Part shown: in pieces, positions 24,401 to 35,559 of the stretch
Layout of the letters: each line of letters begins with the position of its first letter
Numbering within the stretch: position 1 is the first letter of the stretch
NCBI GenBank assembly: GCA_032718475.1
Contig: JAUCBJ010008399.1
Location: 1 to 37,799 of the forward strand
From: Nemertoderma westbladi
Taxonomy: Eukaryota; Animalia; Xenacoelomorpha
DNA length: 37,799 nt
Direction: 5' to 3'
Translations under genes and position numbers: made by a program
The notes under the pieces: generated by a model
What the model was told of the DNA's origin: nothing
Seen by the model: only the letters and a program-made list of their open reading frames with translations
Database searches by the model: none

Positions 24401-27400
24401 TATCGACGTAGGAATGTGGTATATCGACGTAGGAATGTGGTATATCGACGTAGGAATGTGGTATATCGACGTAGGAATGTGGTATATCGACGTAGGAATG
24501 TGGTATATCGACGTAGGAATGTGGTATATCGACGTAGGAATGTGGTATATCGACGTAGGAATGTGGTATATCGACGTAGGAATGTGGTATATCGACGTAG
24601 GAATGTGGTATATCGACGTAGGAATGTGGTATATCGACGTAGGAATGGGGTATATCGACGTAGGAATGTGGTATATCGACGTAGGAATGGGGTATATCGA
24701 CGTAGGAATGTGGTATATCGACGTAGGAATGTGGTATATCGACGTAGGAATGGGGTATATCGACGTAGGAATGTGGTATATCGACGTAGGAATGTGGTAT
24801 ATCGACGTAGGAATGGGGTATATCGACGTAGGAATGGGGTATATCGACGTAGGAATGTGGTATATCGACGTAGGAATGGGGTATATCGACGTAGGAATGT
24901 GGTATATCGACGTAGGAATGTGGTATATCGACGTAGGAATGGGGTATATCGACGTAGGAATGTGGTATATCGACGTAGGAATGTGGTATATCGACGTAGG
25001 AATGTGGTATATCGACGTAGGAATGTGGTATATCGACGTAGGAATGGGGTATATCGACGTAGGAATGTGGTATATCGACGTAGGAATGTGGTATATCGAC
25101 GTAGGAATGTGGTATATCGACGTAGGAATGTGGTATATCGACGTAGGAATGTGGTATATCGACGTAGGAATGTGGTATATCGACGTAGGAATGTGGTATA
25201 TCGACGTAGGAATGTGGTATATCGACGTAGGAATGTGGTATATCGACGTAGGAATGTGGTATATCGACGTAGGAATGTGGTATATCGACGTAGGAATGTG
25301 GTATATCGACGTAGGAATGTGGTATATCGACGTAGGAATGTGGTATATCGACGTAGGAATGTGGTATATCGACGTAGGAATGTGGTATATCGACGTAGGA
25401 ATGTGGTATATCGACGTAGGAATGTGGTATATCGACGTAGGAATGTGGTATATCGACGTAGGAATGTGGTATATCGACGTAGGAATGTGGTATATCGACG
25501 TAGGAATGTGGTATATCGACGTAGGAATGTGGTATATCGACGTAGGAATGTGGTATATCGACGTAGGAATGTGGTATATCGACGTAGGAATGTGGTATAT
25601 CGACGTAGGAATGTGGTATATCGACGTAGGAATGGGGTATATCGACGTAGGAATGTGGTATATCGACGTAGGAATGTGGTATATCGACGTAGGAATGTGG
25701 TATATCGACGTAGGAATGTGGTATATCGACGTAGGAATGTGGTATATCGACGTAGGAATGTGGTATATCGACGTAGGAATGTGGTATATCGACGTAGGAA
25801 TGTGGTATATCGACGTAGGAATGTGGTATATCGACGTAGGAATGTGGTATATCGACGTAGGAATGTGGTATATCGACGTAGGAATGTGGTATATCGACGT
25901 AGGAATGTGGTATATCGACGTAGGAATGTGGTATATCGACGTAGGAATGTGGTATATCGACGTAGGAATGTGGTATATCGACGTAGGAATGTGGTATATC
26001 GACGTAGGAATGTGGTATATCGACGTAGGAATGTGGTATATCGACGTAGGAATGTGGTATATCGACGTAGGAATGTGGTATATCGACGTAGGAATGTGGT
26101 ATATCGACGTAGGAATGTGGTATATCGACGTAGGAATGTGGTATATCGACGTAGGAATGTGGTATATCGACGTAGGAATGTGGTATATCGACGTAGGAAT
26201 GTGGTATATCGACGTAGGAATGTGGTATATCGACGTAGGAATGTGGTATATCGACGTAGGAATGTGGTATATCGACGTAGGAATGTGGTATATCGACGTA
26301 GGAATGTGGTATATCGACGTAGGAATGTGGTATATCGACGTAGGAATGTGGTATATCGACGTAGGAATGTGGTATATCGACGTAGGAATGTGGTATATCG
26401 ACGTAGGAATGTGGTATATCGACGTAGGAATGTGGTATATCGACGTAGGAATGTGGTATATCGACGTAGGAATGTGGTATATCGACGTAGGAATGTGGTA
26501 TATCGACGTAGGAATGTGGTATATCGACGTAGGAATGTGGTATATCGACGTAGGAATGTGGTATATCGACGTAGGAATGTGGTATATCGACGTAGGAATG
26601 TGGTATATCGACGTAGGAATGTGGTATATCGACGTAGGAATGTGGTATATCGACGTAGGAATGTGGTATATCGACGTAGGAATGGGGTATATCGACGTAG
26701 GAATGTGGTATATCGACGTAGGAATGTGGTATATCGACGTAGGAATGTGGTATATCGACGTAGGAATGTGGTATATCGACGTAGGAATGGGGTATATCGA
26801 CGTAGGAATGTGGTATATCGACGTAGGAATGTGGTATATCGACGTAGGAATGTGGTATATCGACGTAGGAATGTGGTATATCGACGTAGGAATGTGGTAT
26901 ATCGACGTAGGAATGTGGTATATCGACGTAGGAATGGGGTATATCGACGTAGGAATGTGGTATATCGACGTAGGAATGTGGTATATCGACGTAGGAATGT
27001 GGTATATCGACGTAGGAATGTGGTATATCGACGTAGGAATGTGGTATATCGACGTAGGAATGTGGTATATCGACGTAGGAATGTGGTATATCGACGTAGG
27101 AATGTGGTATATCGACGTAGGAATGTGGTATATCGACGTAGGAATGTGGTATATCGACGTAGGAATGTGGTATATCGACGTAGGAATGTGGTATATCGAC
27201 GTAGGAATGGGGTATATCGACGTAGGAATGTGGTATATCGACGTAGGAATGTGGTATATCGACGTAGGAATGTGGTATATCGACGTAGGAATGTGGTATA
27301 TCGACGTAGGAATGTGGTATATCGACGTAGGAATGTGGTATATCGACGTAGGAATGTGGTATATCGACGTAGGAATGTGGTATATCGACGTAGGAATGTG

Positions 27401-30400
27401 GTATATCGACGTAGGAATGTGGTATATCGACGTAGGAATGTGGTATATCGACGTAGGAATGTGGTATATCGACGTAGGAATGTGGTATATCGACGTAGGA
27501 ATGTGGTATATCGACGTAGGAATGTGGTATATCGACGTAGGAATGTGGTATATCGACGTAGGAATGTGGTATATCGACGTAGGAATGTGGTATATCGACG
27601 TAGGAATGTGGTATATCGACGTAGGAATGTGGTATATCGACGTAGGAATGTGGTATATCGACGTAGGAATGTGGTATATCGACGTAGGAATGTGGTATAT
27701 CGACGTAGGAATGTGGTATATCGACGTAGGAATGTGGTATATCGACGTAGGAATGTGGTATATCGACGTAGGAATGTGGTATATCGACGTAGGAATGTGG
27801 TATATCGACGTAGGAATGTGGTATATCGACGTAGGAATGTGGTATATCGACGTAGGAATGTGGTATATCGACGTAGGAATGTGGTATATCGACGTAGGAA
27901 TGTGGTATATCGACGTAGGAATGTGGTATATCGACGTAGGAATGTGGTATATCGACGTAGGAATGTGGTATATCGACGTAGGAATGTGGTATATCGACGT
28001 AGGAATGGGGTATATCGACGTAGGAATGTGGTATATCGACGTAGGAATGTGGTATATCGACGTAGGAATGGGGTATATCGACGTAGGAATGGGGTATATC
28101 GACGTAGGAATGTGGTATATCGACGTAGGAATGTGGTATATCGACGTAGGAATGTGGTATATCGACGTAGGAATGTGGTATATCGACGTAGGAATGTGGT
28201 ATATCGACGTAGGAATGGGGTATATCGACGTAGGAATGTGGTATATCGACGTAGGAATGTGGTATATCGACGTAGGAATGTGGTATATCGACGTAGGAAT
28301 GGGGTATATCGACGTAGGAATGTGGTATATCGACGTAGGAATGGGGTATATCGACGTAGGAATGGGGTATATCGACGTAGGAATGGGGTATATCGACGTA
28401 GGAATGTGGTATATCGACGTAGGAATGTGGTATATCGACGTAGGAATGGGGTATATCGACGTAGGAATGGGGTATATCGACGTAGGAATGGGGTATATCG
28501 ACGTAGGAATGTGGTATATCGACGTAGGAATGTGGTATATCGACGTAGGAATGGGGTATATCGACGTAGGAATGTGGTATATCACGTAGGAATGTGGTAT
28601 ATCGACGTAGGAATGTGGTATATCGACGTAGGAATGTGGTATATCGACGTAGGAATGGGGTATATCGACGTAGGAATGTGGTATATCGACGTAGGAATGG
28701 GGTATATCGACGTAGGAATGTGGTATATCGACGTAGGAATGTGGTATATCGACGTAGGAATGGGGTATATCGACGTAGGAATGTGGTATATCGACGTAGG
28801 AATGGGGTATATCGACGTAGGAATGTGGTATATCGACGTAGGAATGTGGTATATCGACGTAGGAATGTGGTATATCGACGTAGGAATGTGGTATATCGAC
28901 GTAGGAATGTGGTATATCGACGTAGGAATGTGGTATATCGACGTAGGAATGGGGTATATCGACGTAGGAATGGGGTATATCGACGTAGGAATGGGGTATA
29001 TCGACGTAGGAATGTGGTATATCGACGTAGGAATGTGGTATATCGACGTAGGAATGTGGTATATCGACGTAGGAATGTGGTATATCGACGTAGGAATGTG
29101 GTATATCGACGTAGGAATGTGGTATATCGACGTAGGAATGTGGTGAATTATTAATTATTAGCATCGCGTATTCTAATCTATTCGATAACAGCCTGCTCAC
29201 AATATATATGAGTAATATATATCTATAGTCTACTTTATTTTGTGACGTGCTATATATTGAACGCATTGGTTCTCCCAAATAGGCAACTGGTGGTTATAAA
29301 GTGTATTTTTTCTGGGGATTTTACAGCGGAAAATAAAGTCACATAATTTCGCGGTGTGAGGTGGAAATTAGTTAAGTTCTGATATTAACAGAAAAGTTAT
29401 TAATTACCTGTCCCTGTAACATCGACCCTATTAGCATCCCTATGAAGTACATTGAACGCGCTACGGTTTTTAGAGATTTTCTAGAACAGACGACGTCGTA
29501 TTCCATGGCTGCAGTCCAATACATATCCGAACGGTCATAGATATAACCATCAGTACATTGAGTAATACTGCAACAAAAATAGTTGGTTAATTGAAAATGT
29601 TTAATACTGTAAATAGATTAACAAAAGGCAAAATATGTACTGGTGTGTTGCAATAAAAAATTTATTACATTATTAGAAAGAGGTTAATACAAGTGATAGT
29701 CCTTAATGATCTATTAAATTGATACAGGGGAATAATTTAATTATTTATATATTATTATTGTCCTGTATATATACCGGGTTCGTATTGTTACCGATAGACC
29801 ACAGCGAGATTGGTAAATAGGTTAAATCAATAGACAAGAAGGAAAAAAAATAATTATATATTCGATTTAAATATAGTAGCTCACTATATTTCACGCCGGC
29901 TCGAGTGGGGATTATTTCGACGAATGAGCGTAAGCGAGTGGGTGAAATATCAAACGAGAGTCTGAAAGTGAAACAAATGTACTTTATTTAAATCGAATAT
30001 AATATATAAAATTACTATTAATTAAAATATAAATAAAATTAATCCAGTTATTTCATTCGTTTTTAAGCGACTTTTTTAATGTGAGGATCTATTTTGCCTA
30101 ACAATATTTAAATAAGTTTATATGATTATTTTGTTGGCCTGATATTAAATAAACTCATAATGATTTATTGGTCACAATAAATTAACCTACTTTCTCTGTT
30201 TGTATTTTCTGACTATATTTAACTCACTTGGTCCGATTGTCTCCGGTATACATTTCGCACTGAGAAATCGTCGTCTTATCTCCAGGCGGGTAGAACGCCG
30301 ACTTATCTTCGTCTGTCATATTATAATATCCTTCATCGGTTAAATTCAATGAGGGAATTTTACAATGATGGCCGATTTCTGCTTCGGAGAACACCATAAC

Positions 30401-30556
30401 CATCGGACCGAACCCTCCGAGGAAGGGAGCCAATGCGAAAATCAAGTACAACCGAGTCCATTGCCACGGTCCGAAACCGCCAATGTACTTGATGATATCA
30501 TCGAAATCTATTTCATCTTCTTCATTGTTGTCCATTGTTTTATCTTCCTTACCCAT
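12124..30556 (-). CDS. SLC22: SLC22-family (organic cation/anion transporter-like) MFS transporter, 8 coding exons, ~567 aa
   Basis: join(30556-30228, 29567-29408, 22620-22466, 21490-21308, 18925-18785, 18290-18013, 13316-13138, 12402-12124) = 1704 nt, all GT-AG with matching phases. Motifs: DFDDII-x2-IGGFGPWQ, HHC, C-x-DGYIYD, EYDVVC, IADYFGR, E-x5-WR, KESARW, LFRTPNLR, FGRK, SEIYPTVVRS, LPET-x3-PLPETIEE. The symbol is family-level only. Confidence 0.93.
13138..13316 (-). CDS. SLC22 coding exon 7
   Basis: Acceptor tttcag, VLYFFGRKYP...VVSSEI, donor gttagt; 179 nt. Confidence 0.9.
13767..16644. repeat. 53-bp satellite, ~54 copies, in SLC22 intron 6
   Basis: Unit gatagttacagttaccttgaggaataaccctagctgagggcattaactactcc. 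Confidence 0.98.
17201..17725. repeat. Array of six identical 21-nt hairpin cores separated by 70-85 nt variable spacers
   Basis: CGAGTCCTTTTCAGGCTCGTA at 17201, 17302, 17402, 17493, 17599 and 17705. The last two spacers are identical; the others differ. Confidence 0.95.
18013..18290 (-). CDS. SLC22 coding exon 6
   Basis: Acceptor ttctag, SKGCFVSP...LFRTPNLR...GLLEVPATALCL, donor gtaagt; 278 nt. Confidence 0.92.
18399..18660 (-). mobile_element. Decayed RTE-clade LINE 3' fragment
   Basis: RNRLHFAGHC...QPVHNLVLWQPHG...G.P matches the C-terminal pattern seen in the better preserved RTE at 34309-34749. Confidence 0.8.
18785..18925 (-). CDS. SLC22 coding exon 5 (not in the ORF track)
   Basis: Acceptor ttttag, HIKESARWLLTTKRVTKARAVMECMAATNK...RMED, donor gtgaga; 141 nt, phases fit. 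Confidence 0.88.
19058..20720. repeat. 31-bp minisatellite, ~53 copies, in SLC22 intron 4
   Basis: Unit aataataaaccaagagttaaaacagctgctg with small indels. Confidence 0.97.
20855..20913. repeat. Duplicated 22-nt hairpin motif
   Basis: tatgacgcaggcgtatgcgtca at 20855 and 20892; tgacgca and tgcgtca are complementary. Confidence 0.85.
21308..21490 (-). CDS. SLC22 coding exon 4
   Basis: Acceptor atatag, FIMACEMSSPKWRT...RHDWR...FFGI, donor gttagt; 183 nt. Confidence 0.9.
21585..21795 (+). mobile_element. Degenerate tRNA-derived SINE (5'-truncated)
   Basis: B box GGTTCGATCC near 21607. Central ctctgccttccatccttaagtggtagctaaatgattac resembles a conserved metazoan SINE core as I recall it (Meta/MESC type). 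Confidence 0.55.
21924..22403 (+). repeat. 40-bp minisatellite, 12 copies, in SLC22 intron 3
   Basis: Unit aagtggctgaactggttagcgctactactaatgtccacca. Confidence 0.98.
22466..22620 (-). CDS. SLC22 coding exon 3 (not in the ORF track)
   Basis: Acceptor atgcag, IADYFGRLPTFY...IFQRILLG, donor gtgagt; 155 nt. Confidence 0.92.
22723..29143. repeat. 21-bp minisatellite, ~305 copies, in SLC22 intron 2
   Basis: Unit tcgacgtaggaatg(t/g)ggtata, with a single 1-bp deletion near 28584. Confidence 0.99.
29408..29567 (-). CDS. SLC22 coding exon 2 (not in the ORF track)
   Basis: Acceptor ttgcag, ITQCTDGYIYDRS...EYDVVC...YFIGMLIGSMLQGQ, donor gtaatt; 160 nt. Confidence 0.93.
29857..30001. mobile_element. 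Small fold-back / MITE-like element with 17-bp perfect terminal inverted repeats
   Basis: tatattcgatttaaata (29857-29873) is the inverse of tatttaaatcgaatata (29985-30001), and the interior is partly palindromic. Confidence 0.65.
30228..30556 (-). CDS. SLC22 first coding exon
   Basis: MGKED...DFDDIIKYIGGFGPWQ...HHCKIP...SQCEMY, donor gtgagt. A likely acceptor (cttgtag) at about 30607 implies an upstream UTR exon. Confidence 0.93.
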
Positions 30557-30714
30557 TTATTAATATTAGTAATTAATTAAGTATTGTAATTACAAACGTC
30601 TTACACCTACAAGGTATATACAGGGAATGAGAGAATTTGACGGGAATTTAAATCTACTTGACGAATATCCTATGTCGATGTATCCAATTATTAAATTTAT
30701 TAAAATTATTATTT

Positions 30715-31625
30715 CATCACCAGATAGGCTGTGCCATTGACACAGAGAACCATGACCATTTGATATCCACAGCTCCTAACACCCGTTCCATTGTCTCTAT
30801 GCAACTCCACCTCATTAACTCATGCCGGAGATTGGCTACGTGTCATCCCATCTGCTCCACTGGGCCTTCACGTATTGGATAGGGAATATCAGCCGTCGAT
30901 ACTGGCTGGGAATACGTATGTCTTCCGACCCATCCTCCTGCGCGGTCTGTGGGTTAGCATCGGGGAATACGTATGTCTTCCGACCCATCCTCCTGCGCGG
31001 TCTGTGGGTTGCCATAGGATCATTTTGGGGACCATAACATCGGGTGTGGTGGGGGTGGCGAACCCATCAGCCGGCCCGGTACTCTCAGGGATGCAATCCG
31101 CAGCTCTAGCGCCCCTGGATCGCACAGCCGTCCAGCTGATGTATATATTCCTAACTGGCGCAGCGGTCAACCCATGGCCTTGGATGTTACAGTCATCTCT
31201 AGTCTCCAGGCCCTCACTATTCACGGATCAGCCCGCCACCCGACCCGGGCCATGCTCTCACAGTTGCTAGGGAACGTAAGACAGCCACCCACACAGCAGG
31301 CTGCCGTTCCTTTGGGATGGGGTTCACCTCACTTGGACCTCACTCACTCCTGGGGGGCTGGGAGTCTCAATCGGCTCTCTGCATCGGGGAAGTTGGGCCG
31401 CTTCTAGAACTCCATCATCCCCAGTGATTTTCCCCCTCCCCCCGACCCGGTAGATTTTCCAACCCCTGTCAGTCTGTCTGTGGCGCGGTAACGCCACAAT
31501 CTGGCTCCGCCGTTGAAACAGAGTCTCACCATTCGTAGACGGAGTACAGAAAATGTACTTGTACTGCCCCACTTGTGTTTACATTTATGTTTTGCTCTCG
31601 TGCTTTGTTACACAAAATAATAATT
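30715..31625 (+). mobile_element. Decayed 3' fragment of an RLE-type (CRE-like) non-LTR retrotransposon
   Basis: Frameshifted pieces: HAGDWLRVIPS..LGL, RYWLG, CAVCG...DHFGDHNIGC zinc knuckle, RPADVYIPNW..G.PMALDVTV (PD-D/ExK type), LSVCLWRGNA. Contains an internal duplication of 55-bp period (30908/30963). Confidence 0.8.
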
Positions 31626-31999
31626 TTGCTGCCTCCTATTAATATTAATTAATTTTATGTCTATTATTTTCGCGGTGTAAAGTAAAATTATATAAGTACT
31701 TGCTTTCTTTTTAACTTTGTCATCAGCTGTTATTTGCGTCCATGTATCCCATGAGAGGGTTAATTTTTCAATGCGTCAATTGCCCCCCCACCCCCTCCAC
31801 GCTCTAATGTGCCAATCCCAAGTAAGTGATATGGTTCTAGATCAAGTTCGTTTCGGCCATCAGTTCGGTTATCATCAGGAGACTACGGTATAACACCATA
31901 ACACCGATTATGATGCTACCGAAATACCTTGGATTGCGAAAGAAGAACATTATCGAAGATTAGACGACTAGGCGACTGTGTGGAAGGGGAGAAATAAGT

Positions 32000-32107
32000 T
32001 GAATGAATACCGTGTTTGGGGTTGGGACATCAGGGTGAATGAATACCGTGTTTGGGGTTGGGACATCAGGGTGAATGAATACCGTGTTTGGGGTTGGGAC
32101 ATCAGGG
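32000..32107. repeat. 36-bp tandem repeat, 3 copies
   Basis: tgaatgaataccgtgtttggggttgggacatcaggg x3. Confidence 0.95.
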
Positions 32108-32706
32108 TAAGCTTCAATTAAATCCCGACCGGAAGGTAAAAACCTGGTGGTATTCTTCAACCTTTTATACTTTACAGCAATATATACTATATATAATCGA
32201 ATCTTATCTATTATAATATTCATAATTAATTATGAATAACTGCTAAGCTACAGTAGCTATCAACATAAACTGATGAACCAGTCGGAATTAACTAATGAAA
32301 ATTTATACAACACATCCTTCCAGGAACCTGGGCAATATATATACCCCCACCCTCTCCTCCATGGAACATATGGTGCTGAGGATAAATAACCCTTGTAATA
32401 ATTATTGCAGTTATATACAATTGTACTGCATGCAGGCCCATTGTACAGTAGTATTATCAGCTGGGGATTTACTGTTATACTTAAGAGAACAGTATGACCA
32501 TTACACTGACGCGACGACCGAGAGATGACAGCCTATGCAGGAAATAAAATAACAAGGCTGTATAGATTGTGATGCAGGACGGTAGAGTAAGTAGGCCTAG
32601 GCATGGATTTACAAACTTATTTGCGAAATAAATAAAAAAATAATCTACAGTAAAATGTACATTTTATGGACTCTATTTACGACTTTTAGTCATAAATAAA
32701 TGACGC

Positions 32707-32996
32707 TTAAGGGGAGATGGTACCCCAGAACAATAAGGGGAGATGGTACCCCAGAACATTAAGGGGAGATGGTACCCCAGAACATTAAGGGGAGATGGTA
32801 CCGCAGAACATTAAGGGGAGATGGTACCCCAGAACATTAAGGGGAGATGGTACCCCAGAACATTAAGGGGAGATGGTACCCCAGAACATTAAGGGGAGAT
32901 GGTACCCCAGAACATTAAGGGGATATGGTACCCCAGAACATTAAGGGGAGATGGTACCCCAGAACATTAAGGAAAGATGGTACCCCAGAACATTAA
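32707..32996. repeat. 26-bp tandem repeat (11 copies) made of TTAA plus a transposon TIR
   Basis: Unit ttaaggggagatggtaccccagaaca. Confidence 0.97.
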
Positions 32997-35004
32997 GAAT
33001 TCTAAATCAGAATTTAACGTAGATTTCAGAAATCGAAATCCTAACATCCCATCATAAGCTTAAGTTGTCTGTTTTCTGTTTGTCTGTCTATTGGTTTGTT
33101 TTTCTGTTTGCCAACAAATTATGGATATAAAAATGTACACCACCTAACTAAAATAATTGCTACATGGGTTTTCGTGGTCGCGGATTTCATTTCCGGGGTC
33201 AGTTTTCAAATTTGACGCAATCTAGTTTGTCTGTCTGTTTGTCCGTCTGTCGGACTGCCTGTCAAAACATAATTTGTGGTGTTATCTTTCCTGTTTGGAG
33301 GAGTCTATTATGCCTGTATATTTGTCTATCATGTCTATTTGTCTATATTTGTCGATCTGTCTGCCAAGAAAGACATACAGATAGACTTAAACAGACAGTC
33401 TAGGTTCATTAAATTATTAAAAATGACATGGGATATGAAATCAGCAATTAGGAAAACCCCCATATCAGAAATTATAGTAAAGTGATGTGTTTACTTACAT
33501 TTTATCTCTGAGACCGACAGTCAGTCAGTCAGACAGACAGGCGGACAGACAGACAGACAGACAGGCAGACAGACAGACAGACAGATAGACACACAGACAG
33601 TCCAGATGTTATCAAACATTAAAACATGTATTAGAAATGAAATCAGCGACCAGGAAAACCCCCATATCTGAAATTTTATTCAGGTGATATGCCTCCTTAT
33701 ATTTTGACTGACAGACAGACAGACATAAAAACAGACAAACAGACATTCTAGGTTCAGTCAAATATTAAAAAAATTTACATCTGAAATGGAATCAGCGACT
33801 AGGAAAACCCCCATATCATAAATTATTTGTGTGCTTACTTATTTATTGTCTGTGAGATTGACAGTCAGACAGACAGACAGACAGAATGACAGACAAACAG
33901 ACCGTCCAGATTTCATCAAACATTAAACAGATATCAGAAATGAATTCAGCAACTACGAAAACCCCTAAATCGTAAATTTTGGTTCGCTGGAGTAGTTTAT
34001 TATATGTTTGCTTATTTTTGAAATTTCCCGCATTTTACATAAAATTAGCGGGAAGGTTTAAAAACTTAAAATGCGTTTTTCTCAGCATCTTATTTTTCGT
34101 AAAATTTAGAAATAAATATACCTTTTTCTCGAGAACGGCTTGATGGAATTGGCTGAAATTTTCGCAGCAGGTTTGTTGTGGTGGGACACAATTGTGGAAC
34201 CTCTAAAAACATATGTTTAAAACAATTATCAAATGTACTATACTACTAGGTCGAGCGAACTCGGACAGTGGAAATGAGATCCTTCCAGGCTTCCCGATTC
34301 TACTACTACTACAAGGTCGAGCGAACTCGGACAGTGGAAATGAGATCCTTCCAGGCTTCCCGATTCTCCATAGTTGTCGCAATTTCGTTTCTCCCAAGTT
34401 CAGTATCCCTTTCAAGTTGATCTATATATGTTATGGCCGGTCGTCCACGACTACGTTTTCCATGAGTTGGTTGCCAGAGAAGTAGATCTGGTATGACCTC
34501 GTCTTTACTTCGCCTGCAGTGCCCACTGAATCTTAATCTGCGTTCACGGAGGGTGGTTGATACAGGTGGTATTGTACCATAAAGCTCGGCGTTTGTCATG
34601 TGTTGTCTCCAGCTGATGTTTAGGGCTGCCCTTAGTAGTCTTGTGTAGCAACCATCAGTTCGTTGTTCAAGTGATTTAGTCAGTGTCCAGGTCTCACCCC
34701 CGTATAAAAATAAACTTTCCACTGTGGCTCGAAAGAACTTAGTCTTCAATGTATTAAATGTTTATCAAATGTATTTCTAATATAAACTTCGAAAATGTGT
34801 CTTTCTTTGGTCTTTGGTGCAATTAAGTGACCCTCAAACATAGACACAAAAATATTTAAAATTTTTTTAGGTTCCAGGTGTGTCTCGATAGTTTCTCCGC
34901 CCTTCTGGAAATTTTCATGAAATTCCATATTGTAGAACCAGCGTAATGGGTACAAATGTGTTAATAGTAAAATGTATGGGGATAGCCTGGGGTACCATCT
35001 CCCC
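32711..35004. mobile_element. Non-autonomous DNA transposon with 18-bp TIRs and TTAA target (Kolobok-like)
   Basis: TTAA|ggggagatggtaccccag ... ctggggtaccatctcccc|TTAA (34987-35008). RR..YY termini with TTAA fit Kolobok rather than piggyBac. The interior has diverged subrepeats (gaaatcagcgac..gaaaacccccatatc) and (GACA)n/(GTCT)n tracts. Confidence 0.75.
34238..34761 (-). mobile_element. 5'-truncated RTE-clade LINE with (TAG)n tail, 12-bp TSD and duplicated 3' end
   Basis: FFRATVESLFLYGGETWTLT...RRLRFSGHC...LLWQP...GRP. TTATCAAATGTA at 34226-34237 and 34762-34773. The last ~53 nt plus tail are repeated with period 66. Confidence 0.92.
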
Positions 35005-35306
35005 TTAAAAGATAAATGTACGTATACGCATATAATGTACATAAAATAATTATACACAATCATCTTTAAGTATTAACCACAATACAGCTATTTTACACAA
35101 TAGGAGTATATTTAAAGTAAAGAGTATAGCAAAAATACCATTGTAGTATATTACAGTGTGTACAGTATAGGGCTATACTGTGACCCATCATCATCCCTGA
35201 TTATATTATTGGTTGGTTGTGGCTGCAGATGATTGGTTTGATAATGACAGATGTAAAGCCTTGAGTCGTCAATATCAGATAGTATATTCAGGTTTACCTT
35301 TTTTCT

Positions 35307-35380
35307 GAGCCGTTATAGGAATTGTTAGAGCAACAGAGTTCCAACCCCGAGGTCACTAGTTCGATCCCACCTGGACGTCA
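35307..35380 (+). pseudogene. tRNA-like sequence (SINE head or tRNA pseudogene)
   Basis: A-box-like tataggaattgttagagc and B-box-like agttcgatccc at tRNA spacing; the stems are imperfect. Confidence 0.45.
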
Positions 35381-35559
35381 TTGCCGGGGAAATTATTATC
35401 ATCAATCACTAATGATTCATCTATTAATTATAGTTCTTTGGAGCCACAAGTACATTGAATATATATTTGCTACTCGTCTGACATTTCCGTTCTTGTGAAA
35501 AGTATCGTAGTCATATATATAGGTGCATTATGAATATATTTTCCTACAAACCATTTTTA

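Noticed and set aside
22631-29278. Giant ORFs of 2215, 2145, 1951 and 186 aa
   Set aside because: They are translations of a 21-bp satellite lacking stops in several frames on both strands, inside SLC22 intron 2, with no unique domain.
30190-30210. Micro-exon after the first coding exon
   Set aside because: It would need a 19-nt intron, and direct splicing from 30228 to 29567 already keeps the frame.
35307-35380. Functional tRNA gene
   Set aside because: The acceptor, anticodon and T stems do not pair properly; at best a SINE head or pseudogene.
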